Below are positions 48,964 to 62,186 of a DNA stretch of 64,000 nucleotides, one piece after another. A model generated the notes under the pieces. That model did not search any database. It worked only from the letters and a program-made list of their open reading frames with translations, and was not told the origin of the DNA. Position numbers and translations under genes: made by a program. Origin of the DNA: Amphiscolops sp. MND2022 (Eukaryota); assembly GCA_964187785.1 (NCBI GenBank), contig OZ076409.1, positions 54,250,001 to 54,314,000 of the forward strand, in the 5' to 3' direction. The number at the start of each line of letters is the position of its first letter. The first letter of the stretch is position 1.

Positions 48964-50611
48964 TTTAGGGATTTTTTGGCACTGCAAAATTATGAAAGTT
49001 CACGAATGGTGTTCTTTTTCATAATAAAAAATTTTTTTTCGGACCTCGAGCCGGGAATTGGGCCGTTTGCGGCTTGTTGTTTTCTTTTCAAGTATACAAG
49101 AAAAGAGCAATAATGTCACGCAAATTTGAATCTGTGAAACATCGAAGACTGATAAACTTACGCTGTCGTTAAAATTGCAACAATGACAGAGTAGTTTGGT
49201 TCCTATTCTTGCTTACAAAATCAACGCCAGCGTTCTTGAAGAGTGTGAAACCTAAATCACTGAAAAAATGCATTTCGAAATTGAATCAGTTGAGTCAATC
49301 AATTCATTGTCTTGCTAGTGAATCTACAACCGACGAAAAATAAGTTTGTTTTTTCTTTCCCTTTTGATTCCTGTAGGAATGGGCAGATAATTAGCACCTG
49401 TTTTCGGCATTTTTCTAGCCAATAATTTCAATTTATTTCAACCTAAATCAAATATCTTTTTAAAGGCGAATACTTGAAGGGCAAGTATGCTGATTTTTTG
49501 TGTTTCTTGGTGGATTAACGGCTTATTAGCATTGTTGAAATAAATTATTTTGCTTCTCACATACAGAAATATCATTTTCCTAACATGTTGTCTCATTTTT
49601 AAACAACTTCGGATAGCATGGAGAAGTATTTTTTTAACAAACACTTGCATCAATGTTTGGTCCCAACACACAATCGCATTTCCAAGGAATGTTTAAAGTT
49701 TTTCAGAGGATTTCGTCGTCGAAGATCATTAAATTTATTGTAAGTTAACTTAACCATCAAAAACTAATAAGATGTTTTTCTATAAAAAACACTGTATTCC
49801 GATTTTAAAATGAAACATAGTTGCTCATATTTAACAAAAGGCAGTGTGTGGACTAATACACAATTAAAAAATCAAACATCTTAAGGAAAAACAAAACATT
49901 ACACACTAATAACACTTCAATTGATACAGTAATCTCTCTAAAGTTTCATAATATGCTCAGGTTGTCCTACCTTCCAATCAGCCAATCAGTTTTTGAAGTG
50001 GAAAAAGTTTCAACTTTGTTGTAACAGTTTCTTATGAATGTTTAGTTTTTAACAATAATTTGGGAACCGTGGTCCAAATACCAAACAGTTATCTTAATAG
50101 TCTCTTCCGAGAGAACATTGATCTAGTTTCTGCTTCGAAGAGAAGTTTACCAGTGCTTTCTAGTTTCTTGACTTCTGCAGTGGCCAAGGTCATTGATCCG
50201 TGGAAAGCAGGAAGAAGTTGGTTCAAAGATTTTCCGAACTAGCATGTGTGTCTATAATTTAAAAGTAGTCGACTAGAGAGAATTCTGTGTTTGACTTTCA
50301 GATATGTCGAAAAATCATATTTGTGTTTGTTAAAGCAAGCTTCCACGCCCTAACTCAATTGAGTATTCATCAAAGTTTTCGTTTTTATCAAAGCTGTGTA
50401 GTAGAGATTTCTAATAACTAAGGTGATGAAGAGTAATAAGCAAAATTTTGTGGGGCATTCACCCTGGCCGAGTATAGAGTCTTGATTCCACAAGCCATTT
50501 TGGTTTCGAAATGCCGAAACAAATGTTTCACTCTTTCTCATAAGCTAGCCTCCTGACGTTTTGCTTGAGATAAATTCCACAATTTTTACCTTTTGTGCTG
50601 TGGTCTAAAAA

Positions 50612-53055
50612 GGGTGTCAGGACATTTCGTCCTATGCAATTTCAACCTATGCAATTTCAACTGCTGCCAATTCAACCATTCACAATTTCAACCGCTTGCA
50701 ATTTCATCCGTTCACACTTTCAACCTTTTGCAATTTCAACCTACGGCAATTTCAACCTATCACACTTTCACCTAATTGCTCTCAAACCGTGCTAATTATG
50801 AAAGCCTTTATGGTAATTAGTAAAGCTATAAAAAGAGTCCAGCAACTAACAATAATCTTTCACACTATGAAATGTGATAATTACTTGCAACGTTTTAATA
50901 GTATAAATAGCGAAGTCAACTGAATTGTAACTAGTCCACACAACAAGTCCAATAATTTAGAATCTCCAAGCTCAAAATGTTAATTCAAATCATAAAATCA
51001 AATAGAGGGGGCAATATTGCAGTACACAACGGTTACTGTAACAATCAAAAACAAGTCACTTCAAGTTGCATTCATTGGAGATGCACAAAATACTATTCAA
51101 TTAAATGCCCTGCCGTTTTGAAGACAAACCAGAACGTGGTCATTAGATTGAAAGACAGTCACACTCATGGAAGCGACCCTTCCGAGTGTAGAGCATTTCG
51201 GTAGTCTCCGGCGATTATGCAATCCAGCTTTCATTGCCGAAAAAAGCAAATTTAATCAGAACAGCTTGCCGCAAGCGACAAAGAGAGAATAGAATTGACG
51301 CCCAACCCCGGTTGATCGCCATTTTGACATTCCCGAAGAATTTAAAACCTTTCTTCTGAAAGACAGCGGAAAAGATGACAGCGAACGAATTTTGATGTTT
51401 GGCGATACAACAATGAAAAAATTGCCAAATTTTTCGAAAACATGGCTGATTGATGGAACTTTCAAATTATCACCGGACAATTTTTACCAAATATACACAA
51501 TCCACATTGAGTTAAAAGGTTTTGCACCCCCTTGTGTTTATTTACTACTACCCAACAAACGGAAGAAACCTATTCCCGAATGCTTGAATTGCTCTGCGAA
51601 GAAACAACCGCCAAACCTGATCGCATTCTTGCAGATTTTGAAAAAGCAGCATTGAACCCATTCAGCAAAAAATTTCCCGATGCGAACATTTCATGCTGCT
51701 ACATTCATTTGACACAATCGTTTAACCGTAAAATAAATGAAATTGGTCTAAAAGTTTTTTACGAAAACTGCCCGGATTTCAACTTGGCACTTAGAATGCT
51801 TCCCGCGCTTGCCCATGTCCCGCCCTGTTATGTAAAAGCATCTTTTGAATTAGTAGTAGAAGAAATTGCTGAAGTCATCGATAAGGAGACGTTCGATGAC
51901 ACCATCAGCGAAAAAGTGGACGAACTTGCACTCTATTTTAAAAACACTTATATAGAGGGCCCCACAGGCACGAAAAAAGCACCTTTTCCAATAAAATTAT
52001 GGAACCAGTTCGAGGCTGCTGGCGAAGGTGTGGCAAGGACAACTAAAAGCGTAGAAGGATGGCATTATGGACTTCAAGCTTATTTCACTGGCTCCCAACC
52101 AAACGTATCGTTGTTCCTACGGAATTTGGAGAAAGATTCGAAAATGCAGAAATATAAATACCTTCAAGAGACGACTGGAATTTTTTGTTCCAAGCGCCCC
52201 CGTATAGAAAAAATCAAAAAACAGATGCAAGTCAAACAAAGTGGCTACACTTTCAAGAACGTCTTGCCTCATTTGCGAGCAGTCGCCAACTTTAGATGAA
52301 AACAATGAACTATTTTGCTGCAGTGATTTGTTACTTTTTTGATATGATACTTTTTTGTGAGTGTGTAGTTTTAATTCGCTTTTTGCTCAATTCAATTCTT
52401 TCAATAAGAATAATTTTTAATCAGTTACAATTAACTGGCACCCTGTTGCGTCCTCCCCCGGGTTTGGCGCACTACTCCTCATAACTGCTCTTTGATGTAG
52501 CCACATTAGAACCTTGCCCGTGAAACCACAAGAGCGTGACTGAGGAATTAGACCAACCTTTCAAAGAAGTAGCATTTGTCTAAGGTGTTAATTGTAACTG
52601 AATGTTTTTAAAAAATGAGGAATGTTAATAGCGTTTAACCAAAAACTTTCTTATCACAATTGTTCAGTCACTTCACTTTCACACTTTCAAACAGACGTCA
52701 TCGGTGATAAGTTTTTGATCGCGAATAGCATGTTGTTGAATGCTTTTTCAAATTGTGTCATACGATTACATCATTCTGTCCTTTTTGTACATTGCAAATT
52801 TTAGTGCAACGAAAGTTTTCAATGCGTTCAAAATTATGCGTCTTGACAGTTTGTTTGCTTTTATTTTGCCGCGCTTCGATTATGTTCAATTAGTTTTAGG
52901 ACGTTCGCAAAGAACGCAACGACCTTGAACTAATTAAAATGGGTTGAAATGGCGAGCGGTTGAAATTGCAAGCGGTTGAAATTGCATGCGGTTGAAATGA
53001 CAGCGGTTGAAATTGCATAGATTGAAATTGCATAGGACGAAATGACATGTAACCC
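50612..53055 (+). mobile_element. Mutator-like (MULE) DNA transposon with FLYWCH domain and long repeat-built TIRs
   Basis: The TIRs are GGGT...CATTTCGTCCTATGCAATTTCAA with tandem CAATTTCAACC units (50612-~50770 and ~52940-53055). The transposase 50977-52299 has FLYWCH (IHWRC...C...HTH), DGTFK, CVYLLLPNK, DFEKAA and CCYIHL, with one stop and a frameshift. TAAAAA flanks both sides. Confidence 0.93.
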
Positions 53056-54098
53056 TAAAAAGACTTTTTTGTTTGTAGAGTTGATATTCGGTCTATTGCA
53101 AAAAGTGATAAATCAAATTTCATCAATCAAGTTGAACCGATGGCGTCTGAAGCAATCCACAAATTTAGCAATTTTCATATAAAATTCATCGTTTCATCCT
53201 TAAACATTTTACTACTCACAAGGAGAAAATTGAAACTTGCATATTGAACTAATTCACAAAGCTTAACGATACCGTTTTGCATACTTTTCTCGTACACGAT
53301 GAAACAAGAGGTCTTGAAAGAGTGCCCTGTGGAACAACTTGGTATAATTCGATCCCATCCGATGAAGCTGTTTGAAGAACTACTTTCGGTGTTGACTCTT
53401 TCAAAATTCCGATCATAGATAAATCATTGATCAGCAATGTTAAATGGATAGGCTTCTTCGAAAAAGATTGCTCTGAACGCCAAATGAAATGAGCCCAAGA
53501 GTTCCCGATAAATTCAAGCTTATGAATCTGTAAAACTCTCTGGAAAAGTGTAGATAGTGCAGACGAAATCGAGATTGGTCGGTATTTTGATGAATCTTCA
53601 GTTTTTCAATTTCTTGAAAAATGGTATAGCGTTTGCTTTTTTCAAATTATTTGCGACTTTGTCGCGTTAAAAAAGTGTTGATCAAAAAATTGATTGAGGG
53701 GTTCCCCAAAAATGTTAACATTGTCTTTAAAGACGTAAGCAGGTATGTGTACATGTTCCCACAGGCTTATCTGACTTCAAGTTTTCCATCAGTTTATTGC
53801 ATCGGGGTGCCAGGATGTAAGGAGTAATGCGAACGACCTTTGAGTCGTTTTTTTATTGAGGTTTTGGTAATTAGTTTGTTTTGCCAAGTAGTCTCCAAGT
53901 CTTGAAAAAATCAATTTCATAACGCTCGCGATTTGGTTTTGATCTGCCGAAACATCACTGAAACTGTTTTTAAGGGCCTTAATTCGGGCTGTGGTTTTAA
54001 AAGAATTCTAGCCTCAATGATAAAATTCAGTTTCTCTATTTCTGTTTTGTGATTGTGGAAATTTTTTCCTGTGGTACTTGTTCTGTCATGATTCAAAT

Positions 54099-54458
54099 GA
54101 ATGTGGCAGATTTCGTCCCAGACAGATTTCGTCCCATTTTTAACAGATTTCGTCCCATTTTTGACAGATTTCGTCCCATTTTAGACAGATTTCGTCCCAT
54201 TTTTGACAGATTTTGTCCCGGATTACTAATAGTATGGGAAATTATTCTAATAGTATGGGAAATCGCTCCTGCATTTAGGGCACTAGGTGTATGTGAACAT
54301 AGCTGACTACGTTATAATAATTATTTGGGACGAAATCTGTCAAAAATGGGACGAAATCTGTTTTAATGTTAAAAAATGGGACGAAATCTGTGTGGGACGA
54401 AATCTGTCAAAATTTCCAAGTGGGACGAAATCTGTTTGGGACGAAATCTGTCACTCCC
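54099..54458. mobile_element. MULE-type MITE (360 bp) with TIRs made of CAGATTTCGTCCCA repeats
   Basis: A perfect 9-bp TSD GATTCAAAT lies at 54090-54098 and 54459-54467. About 5-6 repeat units point inward on each arm. Confidence 0.93.
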
Positions 54459-55199
54459 GATTCAAATTGTCGATAAATTGTTGATGGAATTTTTGAGAAT
54501 TGGTATCAACGGAGTTCATGGTACTTCCAATCAGTTCAAACTTCCTCTTAGTTCTGTTTCCTATCCTCTTTTGATGAATCGTAAGATAGCTTTTATCATT
54601 GGGAATAAAAACTCTTTTTTTAGAGATTGACATTTCCAGGGCTCCTTCCAAAATACTGGTGAATACCGAGAACATACGTTCAGCACAAGTTTTTTTCCAT
54701 CGTGTATACCTTTTTGGACCATTTTACTGGTGCTTTTACTTTCGATGTTGGTAATTAGAGAGAGGCAAAATGATCAATTTGTTTGTTGTTACCATTTTTA
54801 AAAGGCGTATCAAACACATACGAATGATATGTTTCAGCTTCGTAATGTTCTGTAATGCTAAAATCTAATTCTAATTTTAATTCGTAGCGTTCCCTCGTTT
54901 CTTGATTAGTGTTGGTCAGTTCTGCAATACTGTGTCAGTTTTAGAACTCTATTGTGGTTTATTTTGTGGGGTTGATTTGGTCGTGTGAGGACATTTCTTA
55001 GAATCACAGACCATCAAACGTCACCATTGTCCATCGTCAAAACTGCTTCATTTTTGATTTGTCTTGGATCAAAAACAAGACTAACATCACCTGGGCTCTC
55101 GACCGCACTCAAATCGCGTTTTTTTACGGTTTTCGGTCTATAGCTTGCGTTTTACGGTTTCACTATACGGTTTCGAAATGAGAAACAATTTTAACATTT

Positions 55200-55345
55200 T
55201 GTTCAAATAGGCTTGAAAAATCCAACAAATCAGTTTCATGTGATAAAGAATTTTCGGAATGGATCAGAGGCGAATGGATTCGTTCATGACGAATAAATAC
55301 ACGTTCAACTGATGCATCACTTTTCACGATTTTCTGCAAAAATTG
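55200..55345 (-). mobile_element. hAT C-terminal dimerisation-domain remnant
   Basis: KIVKSDASVERVFIRHERIHSP resembles the hAT S-x-A-x-x-ER-x-FS...H motif. Confidence 0.45.
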
Positions 55346-57014
55346 ATCCTTGAATACTCGTATAGATAATGGGGGCTCATTGACATCCTCTCCCACAACA
55401 AATTTCAAAACAATTGCCTCAATAAATTGTGCTGCGGTTTGATTTCGATTCGCGGTTCGGTTTATAGTGTGCGGTTTGCGGTTTCTAATTAAATTAGCCA
55501 GAACCCAGAAGATCACTTTTCGTGGCAACTACTTCGTGTGTCACTTATGTTTTGATAGCACTATTTCTAAAAGGCTGAATGTCATAAGGAGATGTTCCTA
55601 AAGAAGTATCAAGCAATTCTCGCAATATTTCAGACATTCAAAAACATTCAAAACGTGTTGAATTGTGTGTTTCCTAATCTCAGTAAACTTTTTCATTTTC
55701 TAGGTTTGTGTTTGAACACCTAATTTTTTTAGATATAAAACTTTTGTTTTTAATTCATTCTCTTCGGTCAATACTTTAAATTACTGTCGATTTGGACATT
55801 TTGTTACGTAATTCTCTTCTTTCGGTTGGCACTTTACAAAATAGAACGTGACTGTTCTAGTGGCTTTTCAGTTTTTTTTCCAATCCCGTTGAAGTGACCA
55901 TAAAAATTCTACAGAATTCCAAAAAATGGAATGATTCAAAGGGTCCTCACTTTCATTGTTCAACATAATTATTCGAATTAAAAGCAATATTTGGGTCCAC
56001 TTTTGGCATTGTGTGACTTTTTGTTGGAAATATTTCTTGTTTCCTAAAAAAGTTTTAATCGTTGGTTTTTAAAAATATTATTCAAAGATAAAGCCTTACT
56101 AAGATCAAAAGGTACACCTTTTGACTTTTTCGGCCTTGTGCGATTTTGTTCAGAAAACATTTTGAAGACTTTTCAGGCTTGAGCGGGAAGTTGATTTACG
56201 CGATCTGGCTTTTCATGATGCCCGAAATTCAAACTTGCATGTTTGAATTTCAGGCATCATTTTTATACACGGCTTTACCTTTAAGGCCACAATTTTTGGC
56301 CTTCAATTACTTGAACTCTGCCAGTGTGTCAACGTGCACTTTTCCATGGTTCAAGCTATCTGCCAAAAATTCCTTAGATTCATGGTGTATCAGGTGTTAA
56401 TTAGAAGCTGATTCTATTGAGCTCTTCTTGAGGTTTCCACAAAATGACAGCGCATCTTGAATAACTCTCAGATTACTTCCTATCTAACTCGACAGCTCAT
56501 CAGTTCAAGTTGAGGGCAAAAAAGTGAGTTCTGACAACTGTCTGTCATGAAGGCTCTCAGAAGTATCGAAAGTACCTGCAAAAATATTTATTAGCACATA
56601 GACTGAGACACGTAAAGGTGAATATTTTCATTTGAATTACTTCAACAACAGAATGGTAAGAAATACTAAACACAGAAAACAACAATAATAAATTACTTCA
56701 AAAAATTTTACAAAAAGGGCAACCTGAAAAGAGATGAGGTGATAATTTATTGACGTATTCAATAATGTATTTCAACATTCACATCAAACAAAAATATTTG
56801 AATTAGCTCAAAAATTTTTTAATTGCAACGCGGGTTCAATTTTTGTCAAAGCTACTAAATGTGTTTATGCATTTGGGATGTTTCAACTGTACTTTCAATC
56901 CCGTTTATGATTTATTATCAAAGAAAGGTTGGCAAGAAATACTACTCTCCGACGCAATTGAACCCTCTGATGATAAAAACACATGTGATTTTTAAAGTAT
57001 TGTCAAAGTTTCCA

Positions 57015-57409
57015 TCAACACCGTTCCTCCATGGGTATGTAAAGTTGAGTAATAACTTTCTCATAACTTCCTGACGCTATTAACTTTAGAGCACTTCCGT
57101 GACTGCCTCTCCGCAAAATACTGGAATCGCTGTGACTCAAATTAGTAGGATGAACCACCGCAAATTCCGAATTCGAGTGCAAGTCTAAACTTCTCTGTTT
57201 TTTCTCGAGTGGTTTTTTGTCGCCAACTTCCAGACTGCTGTGTTGTTTGGTACATATGAGGAGATTGATTTTTTCGTTCGTCTCTAAGTCTTCCAGCTCA
57301 ATTATTTTGTGGTCTTCCGAAAGGTCTGTGATTGGTTCGATTTGAATCACCACATTTGGGGTTGTCGGGGTTGTTGGAACTGTATCTTCAGCGGGTACTC
57401 CATTGGCAC
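57015..57409 (-). CDS. Probable last coding exon of an unidentified host gene (low-complexity C-terminus)
   Basis: The acceptor ttcaattacag|GT at 57409 is phase 1 and the frame is open to TGA at 57015-57017 (...YIPMEERC*). The phase is compatible with the donor at 58058. Confidence 0.55.
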
Positions 57410-58057
57410 CTGTAATTGAAATTGCGCAATAACATTTAACTTGAAATAGTTGCAGAGGTTGCATATCACTGTGTTGCCAAATGGGGGCTGATACAATTTT
57501 GTGTTGAATAATTTCACTAACATAGTTTGAACATATATTTAAATGTTTTTCAGCCGACTTTGTAAAAGCAAATCGTGGAATCTGCTGACATATGCTTTGC
57601 ATGTGATGCATTGGATGCAGCGAAATCCGCTGTTTCAGACTCTAGACATAAGAAGCCACATTTAAGTTTCAGCGGATTTGGCTGCAACAAATGCATTATT
57701 TATCCATAATTGATCTCGAATGAAGCACAACGCGGCTTTAAAAGTGAGACTTCATATGATGATGCATGGCTCTTTTTCATTGAAAGTGTATTTATCAATT
57801 GCATTTCAAGGCAACCTGGGGACATTTTGGTTTTCAGATTGATCATTTTATGAGCCATAAACGTTTATGATTCCAGGTTGACCATAGTAGTCTGGGCCAT
57901 ATATCATTCCAGCTTGATTGTAATAAAATAATAGGAAAACTGTAAAGCTTGAACAGTGGCATTAATGGCACTGCTGACTATGATCAGCTTGGACATAAAA
58001 CCCAGGAATTTATTTTGAGCGTTAGTTTTACAATGCAAGTCTTCGCATTGGTGCTAC

Positions 58058-58715
58058 CTGTGATGTGGCGAGATGAGCTTTCCTGACCAACGGCGACCCC
58101 TTGAATGATGTCATTGTTATGATCCAGATGATCATCATCGTTGATTGGGATGTTAGGAGGTGTATTGCCTTCTGAAGGAGCATCTCCGTGTTCTTCGGGT
58201 AAAGAGACCCATGCTTTGTTGTTCACTGACTTCCGTCTCACGATAGGGTCTGTGTCTATAGTTTGACTTCTAGGCGGGTACTTGCATTCTATGGGACTTG
58301 CAGGTAACGACTCCTCGGGTTTTCCAGACAAAAGGGGTTCCTGTGCCTCGCAAGAAGCATTTGTTGTTTCCTGTGGACTGTCAGTTCCAGTAACCCGGCC
58401 TTGTTTTATAAGTTTGGTCATTTTCGTTAATGATTTCCGATGCTTTTCGAAACTTCGTTTCGTCCAGTGTAAAGAATCTTCTGAATTGACTGAAAGGGAT
58501 AGCTTTTTGTTTCGTGATTGCTTGGATGATGGAGAGGTTTCTGGCTTCGATGATCCGGAGGGTGGGATGTCCACAGCCAGACACCGACCACAGCTCAACC
58601 GTTTCGTACATGACTCCCCGCTGGCTGTACGGTTCAACATGGGAGTGGGGATATCGTCTGGTCTCCTCAATAGAATCTTTTTAGACATGGGCATTTGGGG
58701 AGGGTGTTTGCTTGG
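58058..58715 (-). CDS. Probable internal exon (658 nt) of the same unidentified host gene, S/P/K-rich disordered region
   Basis: The acceptor is ctattcacag|CCA (phase 0) and the donor ACA G|gtagca (phase 1), with 219 open codons between. Splicing to 57409 gives ...RHITG ANGVP... in frame across a 648-nt intron. Confidence 0.55.
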
Positions 58716-59274
58716 CTGTGAATAGGGCGAAGAGTACTTCTGATGTGTTGAAAGGATTGGCTAAAATGATTGGCACAATTAATAAATCTTATAATTATCT
58801 AGAAAAAGTATCCATGGAAAGGAATATTTTGTTCAGTGATCCAGCAGTCGACAGAATGGCAGTTTGGCTTGAAGAAAACAAAATTATAGGCTTTATATAT
58901 TGATACTTTAGCGTAAGTTTCGATGGAAGCCATTGAAATTTGCAAAAACTTCAAATTCCATAAGCTTCGAAAGATTCATTGCAAGTTATCACTTGAAAGT
59001 GTGATTTTTAGTTTCCACCCATATTCCATATGGGAAAGGAAACATTTATATCAGTCGCGTTTTTGTTCACAAAGTTGCCATGCTTCAAATGTGTATTAAG
59101 ATTGAAGGTTGTCACCCATAAAATTCAGCTCACATTAACATAGCGTTGTGCGATATACACTGGTACACATTTTTGGACTTTTTTGGGTATGACCAAAATG
59201 ACCCAGAATGACCAGGAATGACACAAAATGGGCTCGAAAATAACAAAATTTTCCCAATTTTTAACGTTGCTAGG

Positions 59275-59715
59275 CAATTTTTGTCAAATTTTTGACAGAC
59301 TTCGTAACTTAGAGTGTTCAAAAGGGTCAACAAGGAAAGAATTTGTTGTCCAGTGTGCTTTTCCAGAGATAATTGCAGTTTTTCAAAGAAAAAAAATCTA
59401 AAATTGACACCGAATATGACGAAAACTTTCTGAATTTCAAAATTTTAATGCAATTTTTGTCAACTTTTCGACAGACTTTGTGGATTAGAATGTTGAAAAA
59501 AGACAACAAGGAAAACATTTGTTGTCCAGTAGACTTAGTGAAGAAATAAATGCAGTTTCCACATGAAACTGTCTCGAATTGACACAGAAATTGATAAAAA
59601 TGCCAAATTTTGCCAATTTTCATCGTTTTTACTCATTTTTCGTCAAACGTTTGAAGGAATTAATCTTGGATTAGAATGTTAGAACTGTAAAATAAGGGAA
59701 AAAATTTTGTACAGT
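59275..59715. repeat. Diverged tandem repeats, ~178-bp period
   Basis: The block TTTTTGTCAA...GACAGACTT...TTAGA.TGTT...CAACAAGGAAA..ATTTGTTGTCCAGT occurs at ~59278 and ~59455, with a more diverged copy at ~59636. Confidence 0.65.
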
Positions 59716-62186
59716 ACGCTTTTGTCAACAGATGGACACAGTTTGTAATTTTCAATACTTTGTCGTTTTTCATGCAATTTCTGTACAATCTCCGAAAGAT
59801 TTCATGGGTTAGAAATTCCAAACAAATTGAAAATGGAAGAAGTAGCTATGCAGTTTGGAATTAACTCTGCAGCGTTTTGCTTCGAAAACTCTTCAGGATG
59901 ACTCCAAATGAAAAGAAAGATCGAAAACCTTCAACATTTTCACGTTTTATGCAACTTATGTGTACTTTTTGAAATGTTTCAGTTGAACGTTCTGGAAGAT
60001 ATATCCGCAAGCTTTCTTGGAAATTGCCTCTAAATTCACCGCAAACAGTCGAAAAAGTCAAATTTTTTGCTGAATTGTGAAATTTTCAGTGGAAGAACAA
60101 TTGAAATTAGAAAAATGTAGTACACAAAAAACTTGAAAAGTCTCGCGATACCAGGTTCGCAGCAACGTTTTCCAAGACAGAATGTGCAGTTTAATGGTGA
60201 GGAAAGTACCTCAGAAAGACCCAGAATAAGCGAAGAACTCAAAGTGTCATGTTTTCGATTTCTTGCTGTATTTTCTAGGTACTTTTATTGTCATTTCTTT
60301 TCCAAAAATAGTTTAAAAAACTCAGCAACATTCAATCCCAGTATCCAATAGGCGTTTTTGAAGATACAAGAGCACTTTCAATTGAGAATTGGCCTAAAAA
60401 TCACCCATAAATCCAAAAAATGACAAAGAAGCATGTTTTTGGACAAATTCATTCCATATTTTATTCTATCCACAAAATTGTTTGTGGAATAGAAATTGCA
60501 TTGACTCAAACGTTGAAGCAATAGTATCTTCAAAACGCAGCTTGAAAAACAAAAACGAATGAAGTTCCTCAAATTTGACAACAAAGGTGTCAAAAGTTCC
60601 GAATTTTCTCAATTTTTTGAAAACTTGGTCCCAATTTTGCACCCTTTTCCGAATGTTTCCTTTGATTAGAACATCCATAAGCTCAGGGTTGAAACGTGTA
60701 GCTACCGGTATGATTCAAATAAGATATCGGTTAAATTTTCTGCAAAAAATTCTTGAAAATTTTACCCGAGAACGTAAAATTGGTTTTCGACCTTATGTGT
60801 AAAAAATTTGATATTCAACAAGCTCCAAGCAAAATCACTAGGTAAGCTGTTGGCCTTTCAAAGGAAAATCCTTTTGCATTTTCCCAAGTAGGAAGAAAAC
60901 CTCAGAATGATCCGAAATCAAGAAATTTTCATGCAAACTTTTCTAAAATTTTTGAGCTATGTCGTCGTTTAGAATGGTGTAAACATTCAACAACGACTGA
61001 TCTCGGTATCCATTAGGCTCTTTAAAAGGCAGATATGCTGTGTCTTGTTAGAAAAATTCTTCAAATGGACCCCAAGTTGTCGAAAATATCAAAATAATCC
61101 GATTTTTGACGTTTTTGGTGAGGTTATGTTCAAAAATGTTAAGATTTGGTACATTAGGTACTGGTCTCCACCATCAACAACAGAAGGATTAGCTACTTAG
61201 AGTGTTTATAAGTTAGGTGTTTCCTCGAAATTGGTCTAAGGGGAATCAAAATTTGTACAACATTTTGGGGCGTTAATAATCCCGTGTGCTTAGTAGCAAA
61301 TTCTTTTGTTTTTGTGTTCTGTGGAAACTCCTTGTCATATAAACGTCCAAAAGGTGGACGAAAACGGCATAAAACAGCCGAAAGTTGAAAAATTCGACAC
61401 TTCTTGGTTCATTACATCACTTTAGGTAAAACATCGCATTTTTTATAAAAGTATGCTGTTGCAATGTTTTTTGAAGTGACTTAGTTGTTGATTTTTTGGA
61501 TATTCATACCCACGAAAACATCCACAATTTCTATACCAGTTGCATAATAAATTCGAAAGTGGAAAGATTTGACATTTTGGGTTCATTTTATATGCTTGTA
61601 TTAGATTAAAACTCGATATTTATCTATACCAAAGTATGCAAAGTATTTAATTTCTTTGATTTTAAAGACTCTGGAATTTGTTACCTGATGATGGAATTAT
61701 TCGAAAACTGTGCAAAAATGGAATGAAACGCTCGTCTGTGTTGTTGAATTCTATTGTTATTCACTTCGACAAAAACATCAAAAATTGGTACGAAAATGCA
61801 CAAGCTTTGCAAAAATGGAAACTCTATGCTCTTTTTTGGGATTTTTGATGTCTTCCGAAGAAAATAAACATCCGATTCTTCTCCTGAAAAGTATGCTACG
61901 TAGATGAATGTTCCGTTATCAAACTCTGTGCGTAATCATAACACTTACAACAGACAATAGTTGGACGGAAATTGATCGCATAATATAATGAAATTGGAGA
62001 CACGTTCGTTTCCTTGATTGAGTGTTTCTGGGGCATTTTCTTTCGTCCTCGAACTATGTGTGTTTTATAACATATGAAACTTTTCAAAGACTGTTCATGA
62101 TTCGTAGTAGTAAAATTTTGAACTCCCAAAAATGCTCGAATATCTTCGCAGGCATTTGCTATTTTAATATTAATTGAATTTTTATG

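Noticed and set aside
54107-54452. Regularly spaced 14-21-bp repeats resembling a CRISPR array
   Set aside because: There are no unique spacers, the two halves are inverted, a 9-bp TSD bounds them, the context is eukaryotic and no cas genes are present.
53633-54630. ORFs with repetitive translations (DRFRPIF..., WDEIC...)
   Set aside because: The repetitive translations come from the MITE terminal repeats. The neighbouring short ORFs show no recognisable domain.
11049-58715. Joining the ePHD exon and the 57-58 kb exons into one minus-strand gene
   Set aside because: The 57015-57409 exon ends in a stop upstream of the ePHD exon in transcription order, and I found no supported donor to continue the frame.
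59100-62150. Many short 60-100 aa ORFs in AT-rich DNA
   Set aside because: They have no motifs and an F/K/L/S-biased composition expected by chance; the region looks like old non-coding repeat.
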